From Flavobacteriales bacterium (GTDB taxonomy: Bacteria; Bacteroidota; Bacteroidia; CAIKAF01), in NCBI GenBank assembly GCA_026418175.1, contig JAOABX010000001.1, positions 68,957 through 132,956 of the forward strand: a DNA stretch of 64,000 bases, given 5' to 3'. The translations under genes were made by a program, and so were the position numbers. The notes beneath the pieces were generated by a model. That model was given only the letters and a program-made list of their open reading frames with translations. It searched no databases and was not told the DNA's origin. Positions 18,751 to 28,936 of this stretch are shown here, piece after piece (the stretch's first letter is position 1; every line of letters starts with the position of its first letter).

Positions 18751-19542
18751 TTACAACGGATATTTGATGATACGATGTTCTTTGCTAAGCTTCTTCGAAA
18801 TAAAAACTATGCCCATTTGAAAAATATCGAGGGTGAGGGTAACCTGTTTGTGTTTGCAAATGATTTCCCAGGCATCAGCCATTTCAGGACTCCAGTGAAT
18901 ATCATCAAAAATCAGCACTCCTTCCGGATGAATGGAGGGCAGCAACATTTCAAAATACCGAAGGGTAGGTTCTTTTCGGTGGTTGCCATCAATCCACACC
19001 ATATCAAAAGCTTCGTTGGCGGATAAAATATCAGCTAACACATCATCAAAATTTCCACAAAGTGAAAAAATGTTGTTTTTTTCAAGCGTAATAAAATGAT
19101 TGGATGCCAGCTTTTGAATGGCAGGGTCGCCTTCGATGGTGGTTACTTTTCCGTTGTCGGCTGCCAGACTGAGATACGATGTTGTGATTCCGAAGGATGT
19201 GCCCAGTTCCAGAATATTTTTAGCTTGCATGTGTTTAGCCAGTCGATACAATAGCCTTGCATTGTGTGGGGGTTGCAGGCTTTTTTGGGCTATAGACCGG
19301 ATGGTTTGTATTTTGTTTATACCTGTATTCCCAGCTCCTAAATCGGTTCTTACGATGGTTTGATAGTTTTTTAACAACTCAAGCCTTAGGTTTTCAATGG
19401 GTTCAAAAATGGGTTGAGGAGAATCGTAAAAACAAGTTTGCATGAGTTGAAATAAAAAAGGCGAATGAATGTACTGAATGCCTCGGGCATGTTGCCTGTA
19501 GCGTATATATTCACCAATTCGGAAAAGCAGTGGGTGTATCAC
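18751..19542 (-). CDS. Class I SAM-dependent methyltransferase
   Basis: SAM-binding motif ILELGTSFGITTSYL followed by an acidic loop VWIDGNH. Confidence 0.6.
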   Translation of the reverse strand: MIHPLLFRIGEYIRYRQHARGIQYIHSPFLFQLMQTCFYDSPQPIFEPIENLRLELLKNYQTIVRTDLGAGNTGINKIQTIRSIAQKSLQPPHNARLLYRLAKHMQAKNILELGTSFGITTSYLSLAADNGKVTTIEGDPAIQKLASNHFITLEKNNIFSLCGNFDDVLADILSANEAFDMVWIDGNHRKEPTLRYFEMLLPSIHPEGVLIFDDIHWSPEMADAWEIICKHKQVTLTLDIFQMGIVFISKKLSKEHRIIKYPL

Positions 19543-19545
19543 CGG

Positions 19546-20520
19546 TTATTTGATGCGGATTTTTTTACCAATTTGAAGGATGCAATTATCTTTCAATCCG
19601 TTCAGGGTACATATTTTCTTTACCGTTGTTTTATACATTAAAGATAAAGCATATAATGTATCACCTTTTTTGATGGTGTGCCAAACGGCTGATGACGTTA
19701 CAGCAGGCTTAGGGAGGGTTTCAATACCGGAAATAATGGAATTTTCAGAAATTTCTTCTCCACCCATGGGTTCATTAGTACGGGCGATGGTATAAAGGCT
19801 TGACAACGTACTGTTAGCAGTTGCTGTTGGTTGGGTTGAATATTTCCAGGGTTCAAATACAACTTCACTTAATTCCAGTTCAGTACTTTTGAGCGAACGA
19901 TTTTCATAGTCAATAAATGCAAATGGGTCTAACGGTTTGTCTTTATAACGCACTTCAAAATGTAGGTGAGGGCCTCGGCTTCTTCCAGTTGACCCGCCCA
20001 GTCCGATAACCTGGCCGGCTTTTACCGGTTGGTTGGCCTTTACATGTAGCTTAGAGAGGTGGGCATAATAGGTTTCTAATCCGTTGTAATGCCGTATGAT
20101 TACCAGATTCCCAAACCCTCCTTTGTTGTATTGGGCATACCGCACTTTTCCATTGAAAGCAGCCCGAACTGTATCGCCGGTTTGGAGGTTTATATCCAAT
20201 CCATGATGCCCTTTTTTAAATATGCTCCATAATTTACCATGTACCGGAAGGCAAAACTTTTCTTCTCCTTTTACCAGCTCCAATACATGATTATTGTTTG
20301 GGATTACCTTTTCATTTCTGTAAGCAAACGTTTGGTCAGTAACCCAATTGCATAAAAACAAATTCTCGTCAAATTGGAGGCATATCGGGTAATTAGCCGA
20401 TTCATCCATAAAAACAGCTTCTGTAAGACTTAGTTCATGCTGCGAAACAAGGACCATTGGAAATGAAAGCAACACAACCAGGCTAGTCATCCAACCACTT
20501 ATTTGGGCTGTCATTTTCAT
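19546..20520 (-). CDS. M23 peptidase with a C-terminal LysM domain
   Basis: M23 motifs HHGLDI...G..V.A..NG.V and YYAHLS. LysM at the C-terminus (HTIKKGDTLYALSLMYKTTVKKICTLNGL). Confidence 0.75.
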   Translation of the reverse strand: MKMTAQISGWMTSLVVLLSFPMVLVSQHELSLTEAVFMDESANYPICLQFDENLFLCNWVTDQTFAYRNEKVIPNNNHVLELVKGEEKFCLPVHGKLWSIFKKGHHGLDINLQTGDTVRAAFNGKVRYAQYNKGGFGNLVIIRHYNGLETYYAHLSKLHVKANQPVKAGQVIGLGGSTGRSRGPHLHFEVRYKDKPLDPFAFIDYENRSLKSTELELSEVVFEPWKYSTQPTATANSTLSSLYTIARTNEPMGGEEISENSIISGIETLPKPAVTSSAVWHTIKKGDTLYALSLMYKTTVKKICTLNGLKDNCILQIGKKIRIK

Positions 20521-20573
20521 GGGATGACAAAGATAGTATTTTCAGGCAAACTGCATCTGATTGAAAATCAACA

Positions 20574-21566
20574 CTATTTTTTCTTTTTCTGCTTTATTCC
20601 GTAAATATCTTTTAGGTGTAAAGTGTCGCCATTGGGTTGTATCACTTCCAGATCATATCGAAAAATAACCGGAGTGCCAATTGGAGCATTGTAATAAATT
20701 ATCCAGGCATCATGTTCAGTGGTGCCTACACAGCCATGTGAATAGGCTTTACCCAGCGTTTCCGGATTGGTGGTTGGATGAATCATGGCTCCATAACGAA
20801 TGCCGTTTATAGAAGGTTCAATCCAGGGTATGATAGGCATCAGGGTATATTTACCATCATCGCGTCGGGTTTTATCATATTTTTTTCCGGTTCGGGGGTT
20901 GATGTAAAGTGGTTCGCGGGATATCCGAACAATTTCTCCTCTTCCTATGGGGGTTTTAAGATTTACGGTACGTCCCACTACTTGCAAAAATTCATCAGCA
21001 TTTCTACCAACTCTTACGGGGCATTCTAAAATTTTTTTGCCATGTTGATAAATACGTAAGGTATATTCAGGAATATTTACATCAATAATAGTTTCCTTAA
21101 GTTTTTTTTGGATGGAAGCGGCCCAGCTACTGTCTGGCATAACCAGTTGAGAGCCTTTGCGTAACACGACTAGTTGCGTTTGGTCGTACACAAAAATTCC
21201 ACGTTCCATCATACGATAATAATCAAAAGCTTGTAAGGTGTCAATAATCCATGGGTTAGCATGAACTATGATGTACTCATTGGGCTTATATTTAAGAAGT
21301 TGGATATCGGCGGCAGCAACAATTGAGTCCATAAATTGGAAGTATTTTTTAACTCGAACATCGTATCCTACTTCAATGGTATAAGCAATAGAATCGCGAT
21401 TGGATGATGAATTGCTATTGATAATTGAAATGACGTTACTATTTTCTGAATCTAACGGTTGACGAGTAACATGTATGGTTGGTGATATTGTAGGCTTTTT
21501 AGACTCTCCAGAATTACAAGACAATCCCAGTATTACAATTGTAATAAAAATAACAACTTTTATCAT
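20574..21566 (-). CDS. L,D-transpeptidase (YkuD) family protein
   Basis: Catalytic region AMIHPTTNPETLGKAYSHGCVGTTEHDA (His/Cys). Has a signal peptide. Confidence 0.6.
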   Translation of the reverse strand: MIKVVIFITIVILGLSCNSGESKKPTISPTIHVTRQPLDSENSNVISIINSNSSSNRDSIAYTIEVGYDVRVKKYFQFMDSIVAAADIQLLKYKPNEYIIVHANPWIIDTLQAFDYYRMMERGIFVYDQTQLVVLRKGSQLVMPDSSWAASIQKKLKETIIDVNIPEYTLRIYQHGKKILECPVRVGRNADEFLQVVGRTVNLKTPIGRGEIVRISREPLYINPRTGKKYDKTRRDDGKYTLMPIIPWIEPSINGIRYGAMIHPTTNPETLGKAYSHGCVGTTEHDAWIIYYNAPIGTPVIFRYDLEVIQPNGDTLHLKDIYGIKQKKKK

Positions 21567-21726
21567 ATAGCAAATATACTTTGTATTTGTTCGTTAGTCA
21601 TTTAGTCAGAAAAAAGAAATTTAAAATCTGTTGTAATTAGGAATATAAAGCTTTTGTATGAAAGTTTAAAAATTTTGAAGTGGATAGGAATGGTTCGAAA
21701 AGTAGATATTTGATGTAAATTTTTTT

Positions 21727-22410
21727 ATGAATTTTAAGGAGGAAGACATTCTTTTTGAAGACAACCATTTGATTATGGTGAATAAAAAAGCTGGCCAGAT
21801 TGTGCAAGGGGATAAAACCGGTGATATGCCTTTGAGCGAAATGGTAAAAATGTTTTTAAAAAATAAATATGCCAAACCAGGCAATGTGTTTTGCGGAGTG
21901 GTACATCGCTTGGATAGACCGGTAAGCGGGGTGGTAGTATTTGCTAAAACCAGCAAAGCATTGAGCCGCATGAATGCATTGTTTAGAGAACGAGCAACGC
22001 AAAAAATTTATTGGGCGGTGGTACGGGGTGTCCCTGATTTATTGGAAAACGAATTGCATCATTACCTAGTTAAAAATGAACGGCTTAACAAATCGTTTGT
22101 AACACATCCTGGAACGAAGGGTGCTTTGGAATGCCGATTGCGTTATAAATTGTTAAAATCAGCCAACAGGTATAGTTTACTTGAAGTTTTGCCGTTAACA
22201 GGCAGGCATCATCAAATTCGTGTGCAGTTAGCAGCTAATGGCACGCCGATTGTTGGTGATGTGAAGTACGGAGATCGCAGAGCCAATGAGGATCAGTCCA
22301 TCTGCCTGCATGCACGTAAATTGATTTTCATGCATCCTGTAACAAAAGATCCACTCGAAGTAGAGGCTCCTTTGCCTGATCAGAAGTACTGGAACATATT
22401 TAAAGAATAG
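21727..22410 (+). CDS. RluA-family RNA pseudouridine synthase
   Basis: Catalytic motif HRLDRPVSGVVVFAKT. Confidence 0.85.
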   Translation: MNFKEEDILFEDNHLIMVNKKAGQIVQGDKTGDMPLSEMVKMFLKNKYAKPGNVFCGVVHRLDRPVSGVVVFAKTSKALSRMNALFRERATQKIYWAVVRGVPDLLENELHHYLVKNERLNKSFVTHPGTKGALECRLRYKLLKSANRYSLLEVLPLTGRHHQIRVQLAANGTPIVGDVKYGDRRANEDQSICLHARKLIFMHPVTKDPLEVEAPLPDQKYWNIFKE

Positions 22411-22452
22411 GAAATTATTGTACATTCGCAATCCAATTTTGAATTTAAATAG

Positions 22453-23055
22453 ATGCACATGAAAAATAAAGTAATGATTGCCCTGGGAGTAGTTGCTGTA
22501 GGTTTAATGGCAGCTTCTAAAATTGATACGGATTCCAAAAAGTTTGGTTATGTAAACTCTATGGAAATTCTAACAGCAATGCCAGAGATGAAAACGGTAG
22601 AGGCCGACTTGGAAGCATATGGAAAAGAACTGGATGCCGATTACCAAAAAATGGTTGATGAATATAAGAAAAAAGTTACCGAATACCAGAAAAAAGAGAA
22701 AGAATGGAGTGATGCTATGAAGCAGGTTAAGCAAGAAGAGTTAATCCAAGATGAGCAACGCCTGCAAAAAACTCAACAAGTGTTTGAGGATGAACTGATG
22801 GAAAAACAGCAAAAACTTTTGGCTCCTTTGATTTCAAAAATAGAAACGGCCATCAATGATGTAGCCAAAGAAAAGGGATTAAGTTATGTATTTGATACTA
22901 GTAAAGGCATGTTGCTATATGCCGACCAACAAGATGATATTACAAAAGAAGTAAAAGAAAAATTAAAAATTCCTACTGAATCGAAAACCGGGGCTACCAG
23001 TAGTGGAGGTGATAAAACAGGTACTAAAACAGAGTCCACTACACCTAAGAAATAA
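22453..23055 (+). CDS. OmpH/Skp-family periplasmic chaperone
   Basis: Signal peptide followed by a Lys/Glu-rich coiled-coil body of about 200 aa, typical of OmpH. Confidence 0.75.
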   Translation: MHMKNKVMIALGVVAVGLMAASKIDTDSKKFGYVNSMEILTAMPEMKTVEADLEAYGKELDADYQKMVDEYKKKVTEYQKKEKEWSDAMKQVKQEELIQDEQRLQKTQQVFEDELMEKQQKLLAPLISKIETAINDVAKEKGLSYVFDTSKGMLLYADQQDDITKEVKEKLKIPTESKTGATSSGGDKTGTKTESTTPKK

Positions 23056-23074
23056 ATTTTATCGAATAATGACG

Positions 23075-23110
23075 AATAGCAGGTTGTTTAACCTGCTATT
23101 TTTGTTTTTT
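23075..23110 (+). terminator. Rho-independent terminator
   Basis: Stem aatagcaggtt/aacctgctatt with gttt loop, followed by tttgtttttt. Confidence 0.6.
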
Positions 23111-23129
23111 AAAGCATATAAAACATAGC

Positions 23130-25280
23130 ATGATGAAAAAAATTGTTTCTTTTCTGTTGCAAATCATACTTACGTGGAACCTCTTTGCCCAAAAAGATAT
23201 TACTTTGGAAGATATCTGGTTAAAGTACAGCTATTCTGCCAAGGGAGTATATGGCTGGAGAAGCATGAAAGATGGGTTACATTATACGGTTAAACAAGGA
23301 AATAAAATTGTAAAATACGATTACAATACCGGAACGGTAAAACAAGAATGGACATTTACAGTGGGAGGCAAAGAGTTGGAGTTTAGTGATTATACCTTTA
23401 GCGCTGATGAGAAGAAAATATTGCTCTCTGCCGAATCTGAGCCTATATATCGTTATTCCAGCCTGGATAAAAACTATGTATATGAAATAGAAAATGATCG
23501 TTTATTTGAGCTTGATGAAGGAGGAAAGCAGCAAAATGCACATTTTTCGAAGGATGGAAGTAAGATAGCGTATTTAAAGGCAAACAATATTTTTTTTAAA
23601 GAGTTAAGTACAGGCCACTTAACGCAGGTAACTACTGATGGGCACAAAAATCATGTGATAAATGGAGGATCGGATTGGGTATATGAAGAAGAATTTGCAA
23701 TTGTACGGGCGTTTGAGTGGAGTCCGGATGAAAACTATATTGCCTTTTTACGTTTTGATGAAACCGATGTGCCTCTGTTTGAAATGGCTATGTTTGAAGG
23801 CCGTTTATACCCCAAGGATTATGAATTCAAATATCCTAAAGTAGGAGAGAAAAATTCTGTGGTTACATTGCATTTATACAATTTAGCTTCACAACAATCA
23901 CAAAAAATTGAATTAGGCAGCGCATATGAATACATCCCGCGTTTAGGCTGGACCCCGGATGGAAAAATCTATGCAATAACGATGAACCGATTGCAAAATG
24001 AATTAAAGTTTCTTCTTGTGGATCCAAATAATTTACAATCCAAAGTATTATTTACAGAAAACCGAGATACATATATTGAAATACATGATCATTTCCGGTT
24101 TTTTAACGGAGGTAAAACATTGCTATGGACCAGCGAACAAGATGGATTTAATCATATTTACCTTATAGATGTAGCTTCAGGAAAACAAACGCAAGTTACC
24201 CGCGGTAATTGGGAAGTAACCGAAGTATATGGCGTAGATGAAAAAAATAAATTGATTTATTATGAATCAACAGAAGTATCTCCTTTACAGCGTCAAACAT
24301 TTGCTATAAGCTTAGATGGAAAAAAGAAAAACAGAATTACTCCATTGGCCGGTGTAAACAAAGTGCAGTTTTCTGATGGATTTAAGTACATGCTTTGTAA
24401 TACGTCGCAAGCCGGCAAGCCTCCTGTTTTTTCTTTGTGCGATAATAAAGGAAATGTAATTCGGGTACTTGAAGAAAATAAAACGCTTCAGGAAAAATTA
24501 GAAGCATTGGCCCTGAATAAGCCAGAGTTTTTTTCATTTAAAAATTCTACCGGTACTGATTTGAACGGCTATATGATTAAACCTCGCGGGTTTGATCCCA
24601 ATAAAAAATATCCGGTATTCATGTTTGTATATGGCGGGCCTGGATCGCAACAGGTGATGGATCAGTGGGGAGGAAGCAATTACTTGTGGTTTCAAATGTT
24701 GGCTCAGCAAGGATATATGATAGCTTGTGTGGATAATCGGGGTACAGGGGGACGAGGCCGTGCATTTAGAGATTGCACATACAAGCAGTTAGGAAAATTA
24801 GAAACTGATGACCAAATCGATGCTGCCCGCTACTTAGCTTCTTTACCGTATGTGGATGCAGGAAGGATTGGAATTTTTGGATGGAGTTATGGCGGATATA
24901 TGAGCAGTTTATGCATAACTCGTGGAGCTGACGTATTTAAGGCTGCCATTGCTGTTGCACCGGTTACTAACTGGAAATTTTACGACAGTATTTATACTGA
25001 ACGGTACATGGGAACCAAAGAAAGTAATCCGGAGGGATATGATGCCAATGCCCCGATGGCATTTGCTGAAAAGTTGAAAGGAAATTATTTATTAATTCAC
25101 GGTACTGCCGATGATAATGTACATTGGCAAAATACGGCAGAAATGATTCGCGCCTTGGTTAAGGCCGGGAAGCAATTTGAGCAATTTATATATCCCGATA
25201 AAAATCATGGAATATATGGTGGCAATACCCGCTATCATCTTTATACCTTAATGACAGACTTTTTAAAAAGAAAATTGTAA
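23130..25280 (+). CDS. S9B dipeptidyl-peptidase IV-like serine peptidase
   Basis: 716 aa with an N-terminal β-propeller and C-terminal α/β hydrolase domain carrying the GWSYGGYMS nucleophile motif. Confidence 0.85.
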   Translation: MMKKIVSFLLQIILTWNLFAQKDITLEDIWLKYSYSAKGVYGWRSMKDGLHYTVKQGNKIVKYDYNTGTVKQEWTFTVGGKELEFSDYTFSADEKKILLSAESEPIYRYSSLDKNYVYEIENDRLFELDEGGKQQNAHFSKDGSKIAYLKANNIFFKELSTGHLTQVTTDGHKNHVINGGSDWVYEEEFAIVRAFEWSPDENYIAFLRFDETDVPLFEMAMFEGRLYPKDYEFKYPKVGEKNSVVTLHLYNLASQQSQKIELGSAYEYIPRLGWTPDGKIYAITMNRLQNELKFLLVDPNNLQSKVLFTENRDTYIEIHDHFRFFNGGKTLLWTSEQDGFNHIYLIDVASGKQTQVTRGNWEVTEVYGVDEKNKLIYYESTEVSPLQRQTFAISLDGKKKNRITPLAGVNKVQFSDGFKYMLCNTSQAGKPPVFSLCDNKGNVIRVLEENKTLQEKLEALALNKPEFFSFKNSTGTDLNGYMIKPRGFDPNKKYPVFMFVYGGPGSQQVMDQWGGSNYLWFQMLAQQGYMIACVDNRGTGGRGRAFRDCTYKQLGKLETDDQIDAARYLASLPYVDAGRIGIFGWSYGGYMSSLCITRGADVFKAAIAVAPVTNWKFYDSIYTERYMGTKESNPEGYDANAPMAFAEKLKGNYLLIHGTADDNVHWQNTAEMIRALVKAGKQFEQFIYPDKNHGIYGGNTRYHLYTLMTDFLKRKL

Positions 25281-25349
25281 AAGCATTTCTTCCGGTTTGT
25301 TGCCTGAATATTATTTTTACATTAGCTAAAATAATTTAATCATTTACCC

Positions 25350-27242
25350 ATGACAGAAACTGTAGCCAAAGGACATCCGAAGGGGTTATATCTCCTGTAC
25401 TTTACTGAAATGTGGGAACGTTTCAGTTATTATGGTATGCGGGCCATTTTTACTTTATATATGGTAAATGCCCTTGTATTTGATAAAGCATTGGCTTCAA
25501 AAATATACGGTAGTTATACCGGCTTGGTTTATCTTACTCCCTTGTTGGGTGGGTACATTGCAGACCGTTACTGGGGAAATCGTAAGTCAATCATATTTGG
25601 TGGATTGCTGATGGCTATTGGTCAGTTTTTTATGTTTTTCAGCGGATCAATGTACACTGACCCAGATACCGCAAAGCTGGTTATGTATGGAGGCTTGGGT
25701 TTTTTAATTTTTGGCAATGGTTTTTTCAAACCCAACATTTCTACTATGGTAGGCCAATTGTATAAGCCAGGTGATTCAAGGGTTGATTCAGCATTTACCA
25801 TTTTTTATCAAGGAATTAATTTAGGTGCACTTATGGCACCATTGGTATGTGGTGGTTTGGGCGAACAGTACGATGCCAATGGATTGATTATTCCATCGCA
25901 ATTTAAATATGGATTTTTGGCAGCCGCCATTGGCATGTTGCTGAGTTTGTTTGCATTTGTTTGGCTTAAAAATAAATTTATCGTAACGCCTGATGGCCAA
26001 CCCGTAGGAATGCCCCCCAAACAAGCCTATAATCGCCAGGATGAGCAATCGGAACCCAAAGCCAAAATAAACCCTTTGAAAATTGTTTTGGCAGTGGTTG
26101 GTTGGATTGGATTGTTTGCCGGTTTTTATTTTGGAATGCACCTTGATGAAATTGGTGCCATGATTTTCTCTACCTGTTTGGTGCTACCTGTAATGATTAT
26201 TTCAGATACTTCATTAACTACGGTAGAGCGTGACCGCATTTTGGTAATTTATATCATTGCTTTTTTCGTAATCTTTTTCTGGTCGGCATTTGAACAGGCC
26301 GGCGCATCACTTACTTTCTTTGCACAGGAGCAAACTAACCGAAATTTGTTTGGTTGGAACATGCCTGCTTCGTTTTTCCAAATCTTCAACGCAATGTTTA
26401 TAGTAATTCTAGCTCCTGTGGCTGTTTCTGTATGGTCGTTTTTAGCTGCTCGGGGTAAAGAACCCTCATCCCCGGTGAAACAAGCCATGGGGCTTGGATT
26501 TTTGGCTTTGGGGTATTTATTTATTGCTTGGGGAGTAAACGGCATTCAGCCTTGGGACAAAGTAAGCATGATTTGGTTGGTTGGCTTGTATCTTATTCAT
26601 ACCATTGGTGAATTATGCCTGTCTCCCATTGGACTTTCTATGGTAGTAAAGCTTGCTCCGGTGCGGTTTGTATCGCTGCTGATGGGGGTTTGGTTTATGA
26701 GTACTGCTACAGCTAACAAATTTGCAGGCGATTTAAGTGCCTTATATCCCGAAGAAGTAAAGATTGAAAATGTTGTAACTGCCGACACTGCCATGATTGA
26801 AATGGTTAAAGCCAATGAACTGGGGGAGAATATTTGGAACTTGTCTGTTAAAGAAAATGCTGCTATTCCAAGTGTTAAAGTGGCATTTGATACTAAGAGC
26901 ATTACTTCGATGGAACCTACCGGTGGAACGAATGAAATTTCCATGTATTCGTTGAAGCTGATTAAAACAGCAAATCCTAATTTCTCAAAAGCTTTAATGA
27001 GTGATGATGGGAATTATATTTTAGGTTATAAGCAGGTAGAAATAAAAAAAGGAAAACAAGTTACCTATGAAGATCGCATTGAAATCTGGAACCTTCATCC
27101 CAAGAAACCTTCATTCCTGGGAATGCAGATTAATACCTTGTATGATTTCTTTATGATTTTTGTTTATATGGCCGGTGCAGCTGCAGTAATTCTATTTGTT
27201 ATTCACAAATGGTTGCTGAAAAAGATGCACGGTATCAGATAA
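25350..27242 (+). CDS. POT/PTR2-family proton-dependent oligopeptide transporter
   Basis: PTR2 signature ERFSYYGMRAIFTLYM and multiple transmembrane segments. Carries an inserted soluble domain of about 110 aa before the last transmembrane segment. Confidence 0.85.
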   Translation: MTETVAKGHPKGLYLLYFTEMWERFSYYGMRAIFTLYMVNALVFDKALASKIYGSYTGLVYLTPLLGGYIADRYWGNRKSIIFGGLLMAIGQFFMFFSGSMYTDPDTAKLVMYGGLGFLIFGNGFFKPNISTMVGQLYKPGDSRVDSAFTIFYQGINLGALMAPLVCGGLGEQYDANGLIIPSQFKYGFLAAAIGMLLSLFAFVWLKNKFIVTPDGQPVGMPPKQAYNRQDEQSEPKAKINPLKIVLAVVGWIGLFAGFYFGMHLDEIGAMIFSTCLVLPVMIISDTSLTTVERDRILVIYIIAFFVIFFWSAFEQAGASLTFFAQEQTNRNLFGWNMPASFFQIFNAMFIVILAPVAVSVWSFLAARGKEPSSPVKQAMGLGFLALGYLFIAWGVNGIQPWDKVSMIWLVGLYLIHTIGELCLSPIGLSMVVKLAPVRFVSLLMGVWFMSTATANKFAGDLSALYPEEVKIENVVTADTAMIEMVKANELGENIWNLSVKENAAIPSVKVAFDTKSITSMEPTGGTNEISMYSLKLIKTANPNFSKALMSDDGNYILGYKQVEIKKGKQVTYEDRIEIWNLHPKKPSFLGMQINTLYDFFMIFVYMAGAAAVILFVIHKWLLKKMHGIR

Positions 27243-27257
27243 TTTTTATTCAAGATT

Positions 27258-27284
27258 GGCGCCCCAAAAGGGCGCTTTTTTTAT
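27258..27284 (+). terminator. Rho-independent terminator
   Basis: Stem gcgccc/gggcgc with aaaa loop, followed by a T7 run. Confidence 0.6.
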
Positions 27285-27293
27285 TTTAAAAAT

Positions 27294-28823
27294 ATGAATA
27301 CTGTTTCTGAAAAAAAGAATTTTATCGACCGCTTTCTTTCTGTCATTGAACGAATAGGAAATGCGCTGCCACACCCGGCTTCGCTGTTTGCTATTTTTGC
27401 TGCACTGGTAATCATTCTATCATGGGTTTTCAGTGCTATGGGAGTAGAAGTGGTGCATCCCGGTACCGGAAAAACCATTGCAGTTTTTAATTTAATTTCC
27501 GTGGAAGGATTACACATGATCCTTACCAAAACTGTTTCCAATTTCACCGGATTTGCTCCCTTAGGTACAGTTTTAGTTGCCTTATTAGGGATTGGTATTG
27601 CCGAAGGTACCGGATTGATAGGAACGGTACTTCGTTTGATTGTAAATTCTTCTCCCAAACGCATTCTTACCGTTGTAATTGTATTTGCCGGAGTTATTTC
27701 AAATACGGCTAGTGAAGTAGGATATGTATTACTTGTTCCGTTAAGTGCTGTGATTTTTTTGGCAGTTGGACGTCATCCTATTGCTGGGCTGGCAGCGGCG
27801 TTTGCCGGTGTTTCGGGGGGGTACAGTGCTAATTTATTATTGGGTACTATTGACCCATTGCTTGCTGGATTATCAGAAGAAGCTGCCCGCATTATTGACC
27901 CGAATTACAAAGTTAATCCTGCGTGCAACTATTATTTCATGGCGGTTTCTACCTTTCTAATTACAGCATTAGGCACTTTTGTAACTGAACGAATTATTGA
28001 ACTTAGGTTAGGCAAATATCAAGGTAATGAAAAACCGGAGGAATTACGCCCCTTAACCAAAGAAGAAAAAAGAGGACTCTTGTATGCTTTTCTTACTGTA
28101 ATAGGGTTTACTGCTTTTGTATTAGCAGGCCTAATTCCTTCCAATGGATTTTTGCGTAACCCCGAAGACGGTGATATATTACATTCACCGTTTATGTCGG
28201 GCATTGTAACGCTTTTGTTTATTTCTGCTTCGTTGGCGGGTATTTCATATGGTTTGGGAGCCGGTACAGTTAAAAATGATGCAGATGTAATGAAAGGGAT
28301 GGCAAAATCTATGGAAACACTGGGGTCATACATTGTTTTGGTGTTTTTTGCATCGCAATTTGTGGCGTATTTCAACTGGACAAATTTGGGACTGATTGCT
28401 GCAGTAAACGGAGCCGAAATCCTAAAATCTTCCGGCCTTGGCCCTATTCCTCTCATGATTGCTTTTATACTTGTGGCTGCAACCATCAATTTAGTAATGG
28501 GTAGTGCATCGGCCAAATGGGCCATCATGGCCCCAGTGTTTATTCCTATGTTTATGTTGTTGGGATATTCTCCAGAATTTACACAGGTAGCTTACCGAAT
28601 AGGCGATAGTGTAACCAATATCATTTCTCCCATGATGTCGTATTTTGCGTTGATTGTGGCATTTATGCAACGCTATGATAAACAGGCCGGCATGGGTACC
28701 ATTATTTCAACCATGATTCCATATTCATTTATATTTTTAATTGGCTGGACACTGCTATTTATTGTTTGGATCATAGCTGACCTTCCTTTGGGCTTTGGTG
28801 CAGGCATGTATCTGCCTCAATAA
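27294..28823 (+). CDS. AbgT-family transporter (p-aminobenzoyl-glutamate/peptide type)
   Basis: 509 aa polytopic membrane protein with the N-terminus typical of AbgT ([19 protein letters not shown]). Confidence 0.8.
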   Translation: MNTVSEKKNFIDRFLSVIERIGNALPHPASLFAIFAALVIILSWVFSAMGVEVVHPGTGKTIAVFNLISVEGLHMILTKTVSNFTGFAPLGTVLVALLGIGIAEGTGLIGTVLRLIVNSSPKRILTVVIVFAGVISNTASEVGYVLLVPLSAVIFLAVGRHPIAGLAAAFAGVSGGYSANLLLGTIDPLLAGLSEEAARIIDPNYKVNPACNYYFMAVSTFLITALGTFVTERIIELRLGKYQGNEKPEELRPLTKEEKRGLLYAFLTVIGFTAFVLAGLIPSNGFLRNPEDGDILHSPFMSGIVTLLFISASLAGISYGLGAGTVKNDADVMKGMAKSMETLGSYIVLVFFASQFVAYFNWTNLGLIAAVNGAEILKSSGLGPIPLMIAFILVAATINLVMGSASAKWAIMAPVFIPMFMLLGYSPEFTQVAYRIGDSVTNIISPMMSYFALIVAFMQRYDKQAGMGTIISTMIPYSFIFLIGWTLLFIVWIIADLPLGFGAGMYLPQ

Positions 28824-28936
28824 TTGGGCAATTTTTAGTATTACTATTCAACCTTTCTTTGACAAAAAAACTATGTTGTATGGTTTTGTAATTACAAAAT
28901 GTTGTGATAGTAATGATACCAAATACAGCTAAAGCC

